Assembly: GCA_002502295.1 (NCBI GenBank)
Contig: DANX01000012.1
Location: forward strand, 1 to 50,984
DNA length: 50,984 bases
From: Euryarchaeota archaeon UBA561
GTDB lineage: Archaea; Thermoplasmatota; Poseidoniia; Poseidoniales; Poseidoniaceae
Direction: 5' to 3'
Positions 8,897-17,526 of the stretch are shown in pieces. A program made the position numbers and the translations under genes. How positions within the stretch are numbered: position 1 is the stretch's first letter; each line of letters opens with the position of its first letter. The notes under the pieces are model-generated. The model did not search any database. It was not told the DNA's origin and saw only the letters and a program-made list of their open reading frames with translations.

Positions 8897-9502
8897 TCAG
8901 AGTGAGAAATCGTGGTTGTTTTGGGGTTGTCCAGGACGCCGTGCTGGAGCCGCTGGTGCTTTGGTATCAACGCGCTTCTTGCTTTCTGGGGCCGCCTTTC
9001 TGGTGAGTGCACCTCGGATTGGGCCGGTCTTGGTGCGCGCACCCAACGACAGCGACTCTGGAAGTATGAGGGCAGCTACTGCGACACCGTGATGTTCTGG
9101 GCCTGCCGTGACCTCATCCACAGCGACATCAAAGTTGAGCACTTCGAGGTCCCGGCTTGCCAAGCGACGCTGCAGGTTTCTTCGAAGAAGCAACACCGTT
9201 TCCTCGTAATCAAGGTCGGTGGAGATGGTTGCGACGATGGCGCACTCGTCCCCTTCCGGAGTGACGCACGATGCCCATGCGACGCCAGCGGACGCAGACG
9301 AACCGCTCCATGCATAGGCCGTGGCAAGGTGACACTCAACCAATGAACCCATTGGGAGAGGGCGAGGAGGCGTCGATTCAAAGCCCAAAGGAAGCATGGC
9401 CCCCTGTGCCTGAATCAATCGGACATCCCCCAGCCCCAATTCAACCAATCCTTGATCGAAGGCGTCTTCGGCATTTTCACCCCAAGGAGCTACGGCGGTC
9501 AT
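8897..9502 (-). CDS. PdaD-like protein (pyruvoyl-dependent arginine decarboxylase family), atypical
   Basis: It aligns by eye to my recollection of Methanocaldococcus PdaD: DAFDQGLVELGLGDVRLI.. against NAFDGALLNAGIGNVNLI.., PLPMGSLV against KLPMGALV, and a C-terminal VAVAALIL. The expected SS self-cleavage site reads AQGA instead. Start taken at the internal ATG (MTAVAPWGE). A basic 50-aa tail follows the domain. Confidence 0.55.
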   Translation of the reverse strand: MTAVAPWGENAEDAFDQGLVELGLGDVRLIQAQGAMLPLGFESTPPRPLPMGSLVECHLATAYAWSGSSASAGVAWASCVTPEGDECAIVATISTDLDYEETVLLLRRNLQRRLASRDLEVLNFDVAVDEVTAGPEHHGVAVAALILPESLSLGARTKTGPIRGALTRKAAPESKKRVDTKAPAAPARRPGQPQNNHDFSL

Positions 9503-9593
9503 AAGCCATCCCGGGCAGGCGGGGGAACGAGCGGATTGCATGAAGTGTGGTTAAACGCAACGGGTTCATGAACAACTTGGTTGTCGGTGTCTC

Positions 9594-9878
9594 ATGGCAG
9601 GGAGTTCACGTCCGCTCCTCGTTATCAGCGTCGGTGCTGTTCTTTTAGCCGGTGCTTTCGCAGGTCTTGAATCAGGTGAGCACACCCTTACATTGGCGAC
9701 TGGAGGTCTTTTAGCGACGCTCACCACCGTTGCTTGGATGGCCCTTTCCAAACCTGCCAAGTCCACACATCGAGCGCTCGGTCCCGGTCAGACTGGGGCG
9801 TTCAGTCAGGGTGAAACCATCAAAACCACAGCGGACTTGCCCGATCCTATGGATTATGACGTGGATATGCCGCTTTAA
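9594..9878 (+). CDS. Small membrane protein (two predicted TM helices, acidic tail)
   Basis: 94 aa, with LLVISVGAVLLAGAFAGL and GGLLATLTTVAWMAL. No family recognised. Its stop abuts the aCPSF1 stop on the other strand. Confidence 0.4.
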   Translation: MAGSSRPLLVISVGAVLLAGAFAGLESGEHTLTLATGGLLATLTTVAWMALSKPAKSTHRALGPGQTGAFSQGETIKTTADLPDPMDYDVDMPL

Positions 9879-11783
9879 TCAAAACAAACGAATCGTTTCG
9901 AGGTTGTTAGGCGCATATGACCTGCACTGATAACGCTCTCGAAGTGTGTGACCCAATTCATTGCACTTGTGGTAATCACCGTGATGACAAATGATGATTT
10001 TCGGTTTGGTGCTTAATTTGTCCACGAATTCCAACAACTGGCGCCGGTCTGAATGGCCAGAGAAGCCATCAATCGTGGCCATTTCACAACCTACCTTCAC
10101 CATCTCAGTTCGACCGTTGATGATCATGGGTACTTCTCCAAATCCTTTCTGTAGCCGGCGACCAAGCGTTCCCTCGGCTTGATAACCCACGAAACACAAG
10201 GAGTTTCGGTCGCTATGAGCCCAGTTCCTAAAATATTCTACAACCGGTCCGGCGTTCATCATTCCAGAGGTCGCCAAAACAATGCAAGGTGATGTGTCCA
10301 TGAGGATGTTTTCTCGCAGTTCACGTCCCTTGACTGGCCGGAACCATTCGTTGCTGAATGGATTGTCTCCGTCATCTCTGAGCAATGATTTACGCAGGCT
10401 CTTTGTGAGGTAATTTGGATGAGCTGCGTGGATGGCTGTCGCCTCCTGAATCATGCCGTCAAGCCAAACAGGAACGGGCTTCACAGTACCCGACCGGAAC
10501 AGTTCATCGATGGCGATCATAACCTCCTGGCTTCTGCCGACAGCGAAGACGGGGAAAATCATCTTTCCACCCCGTGCGAGGGTTCGAGAAACAATGTCCT
10601 TCAGCTCTTGATTGGCCTCTTGGCGGGACGGTTGGTAATCGCCCTCGGAACCGTAGGTGGACTCCAACACGAGCGACTCCACTCGAGGGAACCGTGTGTT
10701 GGCGGCGTCAAAGAGCCAAGATTTCTCATATTTTTGATCACCGCTGAACAGGAGATTGTGTTTACCATCAGCGATGTTGAGGTGAACCGCTGAAGAACCA
10801 ATGATGTGTCCTGAGTTTGAAAACGTCATCTTGATGTCAGGAGCGATGTCGGTGGTTGAATCCCATTCCACATCAACCACGTGTTTCATGCAAGTACGGA
10901 TGTCTTCCATGCCGTAAGGGGCCACTTTCCCCTCCGCTCCGCCAATTTTGAGGTAGTCGGTCTGGAGAAGCAGCATCAAATCTCGTGTGGGAGGTGTGCA
11001 GTAAACAGGGCCTCTGTAGCCAAATTTGAACAACACTGGCAGCATTCCTGCGTGGTCGAGGTGTGCGTGCGTCAAAATCACTGCGTCCAGTTTTTCCAGA
11101 GGCAGTGCCTCTGGCGCGGTGAAGAAGGGCATTGGGTCGTTGTCGTTGGCAACGTTAACCCCCACATCGATCATGATTCTCGATTCGTTGGTTGTAACGA
11201 GATGACAAGCCCGGCCAACCTCCCTGTAGGAGCCCAAGGCAGTAACCCGTGCCCAAGGATTTCCTGGTCGAGTCGGGCGATGGATGTTGAGACCAAAATC
11301 CTTCAGTAATTTTCTTCGCTCATCGCCGTTGGTTTGTCGATACATCCGAATGTCGTGAATCGTCTTCGCAAACAAATGCGGTGCTCGCTCAACCTTTACC
11401 GACCAGCCGGTTTTGTCCCGAATGGCATTGCTGTTTTCGCCACGGCGGCCAATGGCTGTGCCCGGTTGTCGGCATTGGATGGTCACTTCACGGTAGCACG
11501 CGTCGAAATACATCTCCGTGATCTCTGCTTCTTCTGGAATGACTTCTTGGATGACATTACGAGCTTTGTCTGCATCCATCATTGATTCAATGGGTGTTCG
11601 TAGGACAATCTTCCGCTTGATCCGACGGGCAATTTTGCCAATCAATCCATCGGAGCCCGTAAACGGTCGCATGTTTGTGGTGATGATGGCGATGTTCCCC
11701 GCCTCCAAGTCAACCTTGTACTCGATGTTTCGAGGGACGATTTTCGCAATTTCATCTTTAAGTTCCTTGTAGGTCATTCGCAT
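9879..11783 (-). CDS. aCPSF1: aCPSF1 / FttA-type beta-CASP ribonuclease with N-terminal KH domains
   Basis: About 634 aa. KH-like N-terminus, the metallo-beta-lactamase motif THAHLDHAG, and beta-CASP motifs with C-terminal HGD. The track start at 11792 is a GTG. ATGs at 11783 (MRMTYKEL) and 11777 are more likely starts. Confidence 0.92.
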   Translation of the reverse strand: MRMTYKELKDEIAKIVPRNIEYKVDLEAGNIAIITTNMRPFTGSDGLIGKIARRIKRKIVLRTPIESMMDADKARNVIQEVIPEEAEITEMYFDACYREVTIQCRQPGTAIGRRGENSNAIRDKTGWSVKVERAPHLFAKTIHDIRMYRQTNGDERRKLLKDFGLNIHRPTRPGNPWARVTALGSYREVGRACHLVTTNESRIMIDVGVNVANDNDPMPFFTAPEALPLEKLDAVILTHAHLDHAGMLPVLFKFGYRGPVYCTPPTRDLMLLLQTDYLKIGGAEGKVAPYGMEDIRTCMKHVVDVEWDSTTDIAPDIKMTFSNSGHIIGSSAVHLNIADGKHNLLFSGDQKYEKSWLFDAANTRFPRVESLVLESTYGSEGDYQPSRQEANQELKDIVSRTLARGGKMIFPVFAVGRSQEVMIAIDELFRSGTVKPVPVWLDGMIQEATAIHAAHPNYLTKSLRKSLLRDDGDNPFSNEWFRPVKGRELRENILMDTSPCIVLATSGMMNAGPVVEYFRNWAHSDRNSLCFVGYQAEGTLGRRLQKGFGEVPMIINGRTEMVKVGCEMATIDGFSGHSDRRQLLEFVDKLSTKPKIIICHHGDYHKCNELGHTLRERYQCRSYAPNNLETIRLF

Positions 11784-11795
11784 GATGTACACCCG

Positions 11796-11858
11796 CTCCC
11801 GCAGTCAGTGTAGACCACAGCGCACCCGAACGGGTGCAAGGCGGCTTCGCCGCGGGAG
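11796..11858 (-). other. Predicted structured RNA element in the psmB-aCPSF1 spacer
   Basis: An outer 7-bp helix pairs 11796-11802 (CTCCCGC) with 11852-11858 (GCGGGAG). It encloses two hairpins: GCACCC-GAAC-GGGTGC at 11822-11837 and GCGGC-TTC-GCCGC at 11841-11853. All were checked base by base. The second hairpin and the outer helix share 2 nt. Confidence 0.3.
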
Positions 11859-11866
11859 AAAGAAAC

Positions 11867-12487
11867 TCACTTGAGGAGTTTAGCAATGTCGTCTTGAGAG
11901 ACTTGTTGGTAGCCGGAAGCGGGCGTGATGACGGCCAAATCCATGCCGTTGCCGGAGGCCGCATCACGCTGTCCCGATGCATGGAGGGCTCTCGCTGCCA
12001 ATTTTAAGGCCTCCGATTGCGTCATGTTGTCCTTGAACCCATCTTCGAGAACACCGTACATGTAGGGTGAGCCGGATCCTGTAGCGCAATACACGTCGGG
12101 AATCGAACCACCAGCAGAGTCAATGGAGTAGACGTGTCCACCAGCGTCATCGACGCCAACAATGAGCAATTGTACCCAGTGCGGGCGTCCAGATAGAATG
12201 TTGGCGGTGAGAGTCGCAGCGCCTTTGACCGTCATCGGCTGTTGTCGTCGGAGTTCAAACAAAGCAACTTCTGCCGTGAGGGTGCGGGAGAGCGATTGGG
12301 CATGGCCAACCAAACCGGCGGTGGTGAGAGCAAGGTTGTTACCAATTTTGAACAACTTCTGGACGCTTTTGTTGGCGATGAAATGACCCATTGTTGCTCG
12401 ATGGTCTGCGCCGACGACGACACCTCCTTTGAAGGTGATACCGACGGTGCTGGTTCCTGTCTTCATGACGGTCTGTTGTTCTGACAT
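11867..12487 (-). CDS. psmB: Proteasome subunit beta
   Basis: The propeptide MSEQQTVMKTG is followed by TSTVGITFKGGVVVGADHRAT (catalytic Thr1 after Gly), and later by GSGS. The track ORF has a 25-aa N-terminal extension, which I trimmed to the ATG at 12487. Confidence 0.9.
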   Translation of the reverse strand: MSEQQTVMKTGTSTVGITFKGGVVVGADHRATMGHFIANKSVQKLFKIGNNLALTTAGLVGHAQSLSRTLTAEVALFELRRQQPMTVKGAATLTANILSGRPHWVQLLIVGVDDAGGHVYSIDSAGGSIPDVYCATGSGSPYMYGVLEDGFKDNMTQSEALKLAARALHASGQRDAASGNGMDLAVITPASGYQQVSQDDIAKLLK

Positions 12488-12632
12488 GTTAACCTCACTC
12501 CACCGACACTTCTTGAACCTTGGGCATTGAGCCAATGGAAGACACCGGGATGGTCCATTCACCGAGAAGAACCGATGAACATGTCCCTCTGTTGGGGGAG
12601 TGTTGAAGAAGCCTCGTCATTGACAGACCGAT

Positions 12633-13253
12633 GTGCGGCGAAGGAGAAAGAAAGAGAAAGACGAAGCACAGTCTTCCCTCGATGCTTTTTCCCAACCCGG
12701 TCAGGTGTCCGGCGTGCCCGAGGAACGCCCCGTTCCATCCATGCCCGACTTGGATCTGCTTGAGGCTGCTCAAGCGAAGTTGGAACAAGAACAACAAGCA
12801 ACAGCAGCTCCGCCGAACGCCTCGGTGGGTCCCCGAAGTTTTTCCATGCCGAGTTCAAACACAACCGTGACACCTCGGATGCCTGAAGCCGAAGTCACCT
12901 ACCACAACCTGGAACAACTCTACCCGAACCCACCCGTCCCGCTCTACGAAGGAGAAATGGTTCTTCACAACTCAACCCTGTTGGATTTAACCGGCTGCGG
13001 TGCCTTGATGGATTGGATTTCAGAAGGCCACGGTTGCGTGGTTGAAATGCGGCGGATGATGAAGCGCACAACCGAATTTAATCAGGCGTTAAGCATCCTT
13101 TACGAATTCGTTGAGGGAGACGTCCAAGGTCAAATCATACGCATAACGGACACGCGCTTGTTGCTTCTCCCACAGGGTTGCAGAGGCATCAAAGGAACCG
13201 AAATGGAGAGCTTTGCCGTCGCTCCAGACGACCTCACGGACGTGTACGGATGA
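12633..13253 (+). CDS. SepF-like (DUF552) protein, possible FtsZ-associated division protein. Start uncertain (GTG 12633 or ATG 12741)
   Basis: The C-terminal 80 aa (LHNSTLLDLTGCGALMDWISEGHGCVVEMRRM...ALSILYEFVEGDVQGQIIRITDTRLLLLPQG) follow the SepF core pattern by eye. The N-terminal half is low-complexity. Confidence 0.5.
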   Translation: MRRRRKKEKDEAQSSLDAFSQPGQVSGVPEERPVPSMPDLDLLEAAQAKLEQEQQATAAPPNASVGPRSFSMPSSNTTVTPRMPEAEVTYHNLEQLYPNPPVPLYEGEMVLHNSTLLDLTGCGALMDWISEGHGCVVEMRRMMKRTTEFNQALSILYEFVEGDVQGQIIRITDTRLLLLPQGCRGIKGTEMESFAVAPDDLTDVYG

Positions 13254-13888
13254 ACGAACAGGCCATCGACATTCCCTGCCCGGTGTGTTCATCATCAGGC
13301 AATGTCAACATGATCGCTCACGTCGACGAAATACCGTACTTCGGAGAGCACACACAGGTCACCATCCTCTGCCACGATTGTGGATGGCGGCAGACTGATT
13401 TTATTCCTGCTGAGGGGAAGAAAGCAGGTGGTTGGTCGTTGGTGGTCGACGTTGAAGAAAAGTTAGCAGCCCGCGTGATCCGCTCATCATCGTGCACGGT
13501 GTTGATTCCGGAGCTCGACCTCGAGGTGAAACCGGGTTCAAGTTCCACGGGATATGTATCCAACGTGGAGGGTGTGCTCCATCGCTTCAAGGAAATTATC
13601 ACCATGGTCGAGCGAGACCTGTCAAAGCAATTTCTCGAAGCAGACACCGAAGAACGAGAGGAGTTGATGGCGCAGATGTCCACGCTGCAACACATGACGT
13701 TGACCCTGGCGAATTTGGGCGGACCAAGCGCTGAGGCGATCACCTTGGTTTTACTCGACCCCCACGGTCATTCAATGATCCTCCATCCGGACGCCGAGGA
13801 ACGGGACCTGACTGACGAGGAGTTGCAATCGCTACCGGTTGGTCCGGACCCGGCGGTTTTTTCAACCGATGACGATGGCTCAGCGTGA
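13250..13888 (+). CDS. ZPR1-type zinc-finger protein
   Basis: CPVC...(22)...CHDCGWR is followed by the ZPR1 beta-domain (VIRSSSCTVLIPELDLEV.PGSSSTGYVSNVEGVL). Start taken at the ATG at 13250 (MNEQAIDIPCPVC), which overlaps the upstream stop as ATGA. Confidence 0.8.
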   Translation: MNEQAIDIPCPVCSSSGNVNMIAHVDEIPYFGEHTQVTILCHDCGWRQTDFIPAEGKKAGGWSLVVDVEEKLAARVIRSSSCTVLIPELDLEVKPGSSSTGYVSNVEGVLHRFKEIITMVERDLSKQFLEADTEEREELMAQMSTLQHMTLTLANLGGPSAEAITLVLLDPHGHSMILHPDAEERDLTDEELQSLPVGPDPAVFSTDDDGSA

Positions 13889-15280
13889 GTCTTCTGCCAA
13901 GAACGATTCAACCAAATGAGCCGTTTGGTCGCGCATTTCGTGAAGTTCACCCATCCATGCCGTGGCCTTTTCGATGCACAATTGCTTCATTTCACCCGCC
14001 AAAAGATGCCCAGAGCGGAAAGAGGCATTCAGTTGAGCGAGGTGAGCATCGTCTTCCTCGAAGAAGTACATCATGTATTGATAGGCGACATCGATGTCTG
14101 GGTTTCCGCCAAGGCGGCGATGCTCCTCTACGGTTGGTTGTCCGCCAGAGAAGGCTCGTTTGATTTTCTTTTCCACCGTGGCAAGGTCGTCTCCGAGAAA
14201 CAAGGTAGTCTTGGGCTTACTGCTGCTCATTTTATCCCCCGTCATCCCTACGGCAAAATGGTGGTAGGTTGAGGAAGGAGCCATCAAGCCGGGGCCGCCC
14301 AGTTCGCGCTCAAGACGAAGCAAGGCCAAACGGATAGCGTGTTTGTCTCGCTGGGTGGCGGACGGAATGTGGACGTTTCCTTGTTTGGGGTTGGAGAGGA
14401 CGTCCGAGAAACCCAGTGATGCGACAGCAGCGACCACGTTTTCAAACACGCCGGCAACCTTGGCTTTGTCAATTCGACCGTTGGCGAGTTGGCCGAAGAC
14501 TTCGGCGTTTTCATCGTGAACCGACAAACTCACCATAAGACCTCTTGAGGATGAATCCCGCAGATTAAACCAGTTGGTTTTCGAGGCCAACCCTCGGGTC
14601 AAGCGGAGGTGCGGGTCTTGGTCAACGCCCACCGGTACGACGATCGGGCGGAGGCCGCCGTGTTCGTCTAATTGCGGATGTAAGATATCACCTACTTGGA
14701 CCAAAGGTGCTTGGACGTGGGCGAGATTGGTCTCTCCACTGAATCCATAGATGGCTTCAAACTCATTCAAATTTGTGCGTTTCCCGAGTTGGAAGCCGAG
14801 CCTTTGAACGACAGGACGAGTGGATTGGAAGTAGACATTGGTTTTCTCGGGATCCAAACCGAGAGCGGCGTAGTGGGCGATGTATTCTTTCAAGGCGACT
14901 GTACGGCCTTTGGCAAGTGAAACTCCCCGGGTCGCTTGGCTTTCCAAATCCGCCACGGCAATGGTCACATCGCCTCCTTGTTGCTGGAACCATTTGACCT
15001 GTTCAACGACCATCGAGTGCCCGAGATGCATCTGCCCGCTCGGCATCAGGCCCGTCAATACACCAAATGGACCACCCGTTCGTTGAGCTTCGAGTACCTG
15101 CTCAATGTCTCGGTGAGCAAAAACGATGCCTCTCCTGTGAAGTTTGGAAGGGTTCGGTAGAGAGACGCCCTCCATAGAAGTCAAACCAAATTGTTCAACC
15201 ATTCGGTCGTAATCGGTGGATTGAGCACTCCCCCAAGGGTCTATGACGAGTTCGTCTTGAGCCATCTCTGCTCCCTCCAT
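13880..15280 (-). CDS. trpS: Tryptophanyl-tRNA synthetase (archaeal/eukaryotic type)
   Basis: 466 aa. The N-terminal IDPWGSAQSTDYDRMVEQFG matches the TrpRS-specific PW...DY..L...FG pattern. The HIGH motif reads MHLGH and the KMSKS motif reads KMSSS. Confidence 0.8.
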   Translation of the reverse strand: MEGAEMAQDELVIDPWGSAQSTDYDRMVEQFGLTSMEGVSLPNPSKLHRRGIVFAHRDIEQVLEAQRTGGPFGVLTGLMPSGQMHLGHSMVVEQVKWFQQQGGDVTIAVADLESQATRGVSLAKGRTVALKEYIAHYAALGLDPEKTNVYFQSTRPVVQRLGFQLGKRTNLNEFEAIYGFSGETNLAHVQAPLVQVGDILHPQLDEHGGLRPIVVPVGVDQDPHLRLTRGLASKTNWFNLRDSSSRGLMVSLSVHDENAEVFGQLANGRIDKAKVAGVFENVVAAVASLGFSDVLSNPKQGNVHIPSATQRDKHAIRLALLRLERELGGPGLMAPSSTYHHFAVGMTGDKMSSSKPKTTLFLGDDLATVEKKIKRAFSGGQPTVEEHRRLGGNPDIDVAYQYMMYFFEEDDAHLAQLNASFRSGHLLAGEMKQLCIEKATAWMGELHEMRDQTAHLVESFLAEDSR

Positions 15281-15285
15281 CTGCC

Positions 15286-16584
15286 TTAGGCTTCCTCGTC
15301 CGCATCAAGGCTTCGCTCATCCAGCCCAAGGGGAGTTGTGTTTTGGCCGTGCTTTCGTTCAGCCAACGATGACCAGGGGCCAAGACCTTCTTTACCCAAC
15401 ACTCCCAACATCCCGACCACGGTCATTAATCCGACGCCGACCACGGCGTATGGAATCCATGCATCGATGCCTTCAGCGGTTCGTGGTTCTACAAGCCAAG
15501 TAAACCGAACCTCGGTGTCGTCGACAAATCGTTTGGCCCACTTGAACAGATCAGTGGTGCGGTGCCCAGCCACGGTGACCGCAGAGGAGTGGTTGTTGAA
15601 GAAATCAGCTTGTGCCAAAACATCGTGGTCCACATCGGTACCGTTGAGGGTGATGTTGACGGCGTGGCCGTTGATGGTTGATAGCACAAGTGTCCCATCG
15701 GCTTGCTGCCACCACCCTTCTTGAGACACTTTCTCGAATTCTATAGAAGGAAGTTTTTCAGTGGAGTTCACGGTCGATACATCGGCGACTTCCACGCCAG
15801 CCACGTCGATGAGCCATGTCAATGGAATGTTCCAAGGCAAATCATCTGAAACGGATTTACAGGCTTCAGTTTGAATCGACTCAAAGGTGAGAATTGTCTG
15901 ACCGTCACTTTGATGGACATCTTGTGTGGTCTCAAAGCAACGCTTGGAGGACCAAGAGGACCAGGCTTCTCCCCATGTTGTGAGCCAAATGCCCGGCGTG
16001 TCATCAAGGTAGGCGAGGACATCTCGGTCGTGACGCACAGTGGCGTCGTTTACACGCCCAATCCAATACAGGTTAAGCAACCCTCCCTGTTCAACCTCAG
16101 ACTGCACGTCTTCGAGGGACGCCATCCCTTTTTCCAAACTGCCTCCCCTTCGACCGAGGTTGTACCAATCCCACAGGTCGGTGGGTTGGTCTGTAGCGTT
16201 GTGCCACGCAGTGTACTCCAAACTCGTCTTGTCTCCGTGGACTGTGAAACCTTGCGAAGCCACTTTCGTGTGGTCGGCCATTGTCAGTGTGTCCGGTGTG
16301 TAAATTGAAAGCGGCGAAACACCCCAACGGCTGGCGTTGATTCGGTCCTCAATGTAGTTCTTGCAGGCTTGCGCGACCGCACCAGGATCGTTGGCCCAAG
16401 AGAGACCTGGTATCCCATAGCAGCCAAATTCATCTCCGGCCTCGAGCCGCTCTTGGCCAAAAGAAGTTCTCAACCAACCGTCCTCTTCCCACGCTGATTG
16501 AGCCAAAGCAACGGGGTGAAGGACCACCGAGGCCACGAGGGCACAAAGGAATACAGAAAGTACACCACTCCCCTTGGTTGCCAT
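15286..16584 (-). CDS. Exported protein with signal peptide and C-terminal TM anchor, function unknown
   Basis: 432 aa. The N-terminus is MATKGSGVLSVFLCALVASVVLHPVALAQS. The C-terminus has WIPYAVVGVGLMTVVGMLGVLG followed by an acidic tail. It ends 5 nt upstream of trpS. Confidence 0.6.
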   Translation of the reverse strand: MATKGSGVLSVFLCALVASVVLHPVALAQSAWEEDGWLRTSFGQERLEAGDEFGCYGIPGLSWANDPGAVAQACKNYIEDRINASRWGVSPLSIYTPDTLTMADHTKVASQGFTVHGDKTSLEYTAWHNATDQPTDLWDWYNLGRRGGSLEKGMASLEDVQSEVEQGGLLNLYWIGRVNDATVRHDRDVLAYLDDTPGIWLTTWGEAWSSWSSKRCFETTQDVHQSDGQTILTFESIQTEACKSVSDDLPWNIPLTWLIDVAGVEVADVSTVNSTEKLPSIEFEKVSQEGWWQQADGTLVLSTINGHAVNITLNGTDVDHDVLAQADFFNNHSSAVTVAGHRTTDLFKWAKRFVDDTEVRFTWLVEPRTAEGIDAWIPYAVVGVGLMTVVGMLGVLGKEGLGPWSSLAERKHGQNTTPLGLDERSLDADEEA

Positions 16585-16663
16585 GGATTAGCCTCCTGTT
16601 GGTGACCTTTCACGCTTGTCCTTGGCGCACTTTGAATGGAAGGGAAATTGAACGCTCATACCC

Positions 16664-17494
16664 GTGCCGAGAAGAAACATCAAAACAGAGGGGGCCAGAA
16701 GCACAGTCATGAGCGATGGGGAAGCCATTGAAGAGGCATGGGGCGCCCTTCGACCCCATTGGGCCATCGAACCAAGTTCGCATCCGCTCCCTTCAACACC
16801 CGTTTACGCTGGGTTGCGAATGTTTCTCTCGCCGTTGTTGCGACCGCTGCTTCGCTGGAAAATAACCGGTGCTGAACGCATCCCTCGCTCAGGAGCGACC
16901 ATACTCGCCGCCAACCACCTCTCACACATTGACCCCATTGCCGTGATTGCGGCCGCCCGCAGGACCACACATTATCTGGCCAAGGACGGCCACTTCAGCA
17001 ATCCATTGACCAGCTTCTTGATGCGAGCAACCGGCCAAATCGAAACACATCGGGAAGCAGGTGGGAGCGATGCATTGGCCAGCGCTGCGAGCATCCTTGA
17101 CCACGGCAAAGCTCTCGGAATCTTCCCCGAAGGAACGCGTTCGAAACGGCAGGAACCACCGTTTATGCTTCCCGGGAAAACAGGTGTTGCCCGCTTGGCG
17201 GCAGCTTATCCTGACGCCGTTGTGGTTCCGATGGCTCTGGTTGGAACACGCAACATTATGCGTCCACAGCACGACAAATGGCCTCGACTTCATCGCACAT
17301 TTGGAGTCAATGCTGGAGCAGGTGTCACGTGGCATGACTGGCTCTCATCCCCTTCCGGTGGCGGTATGACACCCGCTTCCCTCACCACCCTGGCCGAGTC
17401 CGAGGACCACGAAATTCGAGCGGAACTTTCACGCTTGTTCAGGAAATTTACTGACCAACTTATGGCGTCAATGGCTGCTCTAGGCGCTCCTTAA
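16664..17494 (+). CDS. plsC: 1-acyl-sn-glycerol-3-phosphate acyltransferase family (PlsC/LPLAT)
   Basis: Contains NHLSHIDP (HxxxxD catalytic motif), FPEGTRS and VVPMALVGT. An alternative ATG start lies at 16709. Confidence 0.85.
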   Translation: MPRRNIKTEGARSTVMSDGEAIEEAWGALRPHWAIEPSSHPLPSTPVYAGLRMFLSPLLRPLLRWKITGAERIPRSGATILAANHLSHIDPIAVIAAARRTTHYLAKDGHFSNPLTSFLMRATGQIETHREAGGSDALASAASILDHGKALGIFPEGTRSKRQEPPFMLPGKTGVARLAAAYPDAVVVPMALVGTRNIMRPQHDKWPRLHRTFGVNAGAGVTWHDWLSSPSGGGMTPASLTTLAESEDHEIRAELSRLFRKFTDQLMASMAALGAP

Positions 17495-17526
17495 ATCTAC
17501 ATATAGACTCACGCACTAAGGATTAT

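Noticed and set aside
8897-9042. 146-nt two-frame overlap between the PdaD-like ORF tail and the longest form of the zinc-ribbon ORF (possible dual coding)
   Set aside because: An in-frame GTG at 8886 gives the zinc-ribbon protein a conventional N-terminus right before its CxxC knuckle, so the overlap is probably an artefact of longest-ORF calling. Which frame codes in this stretch remains unverified.
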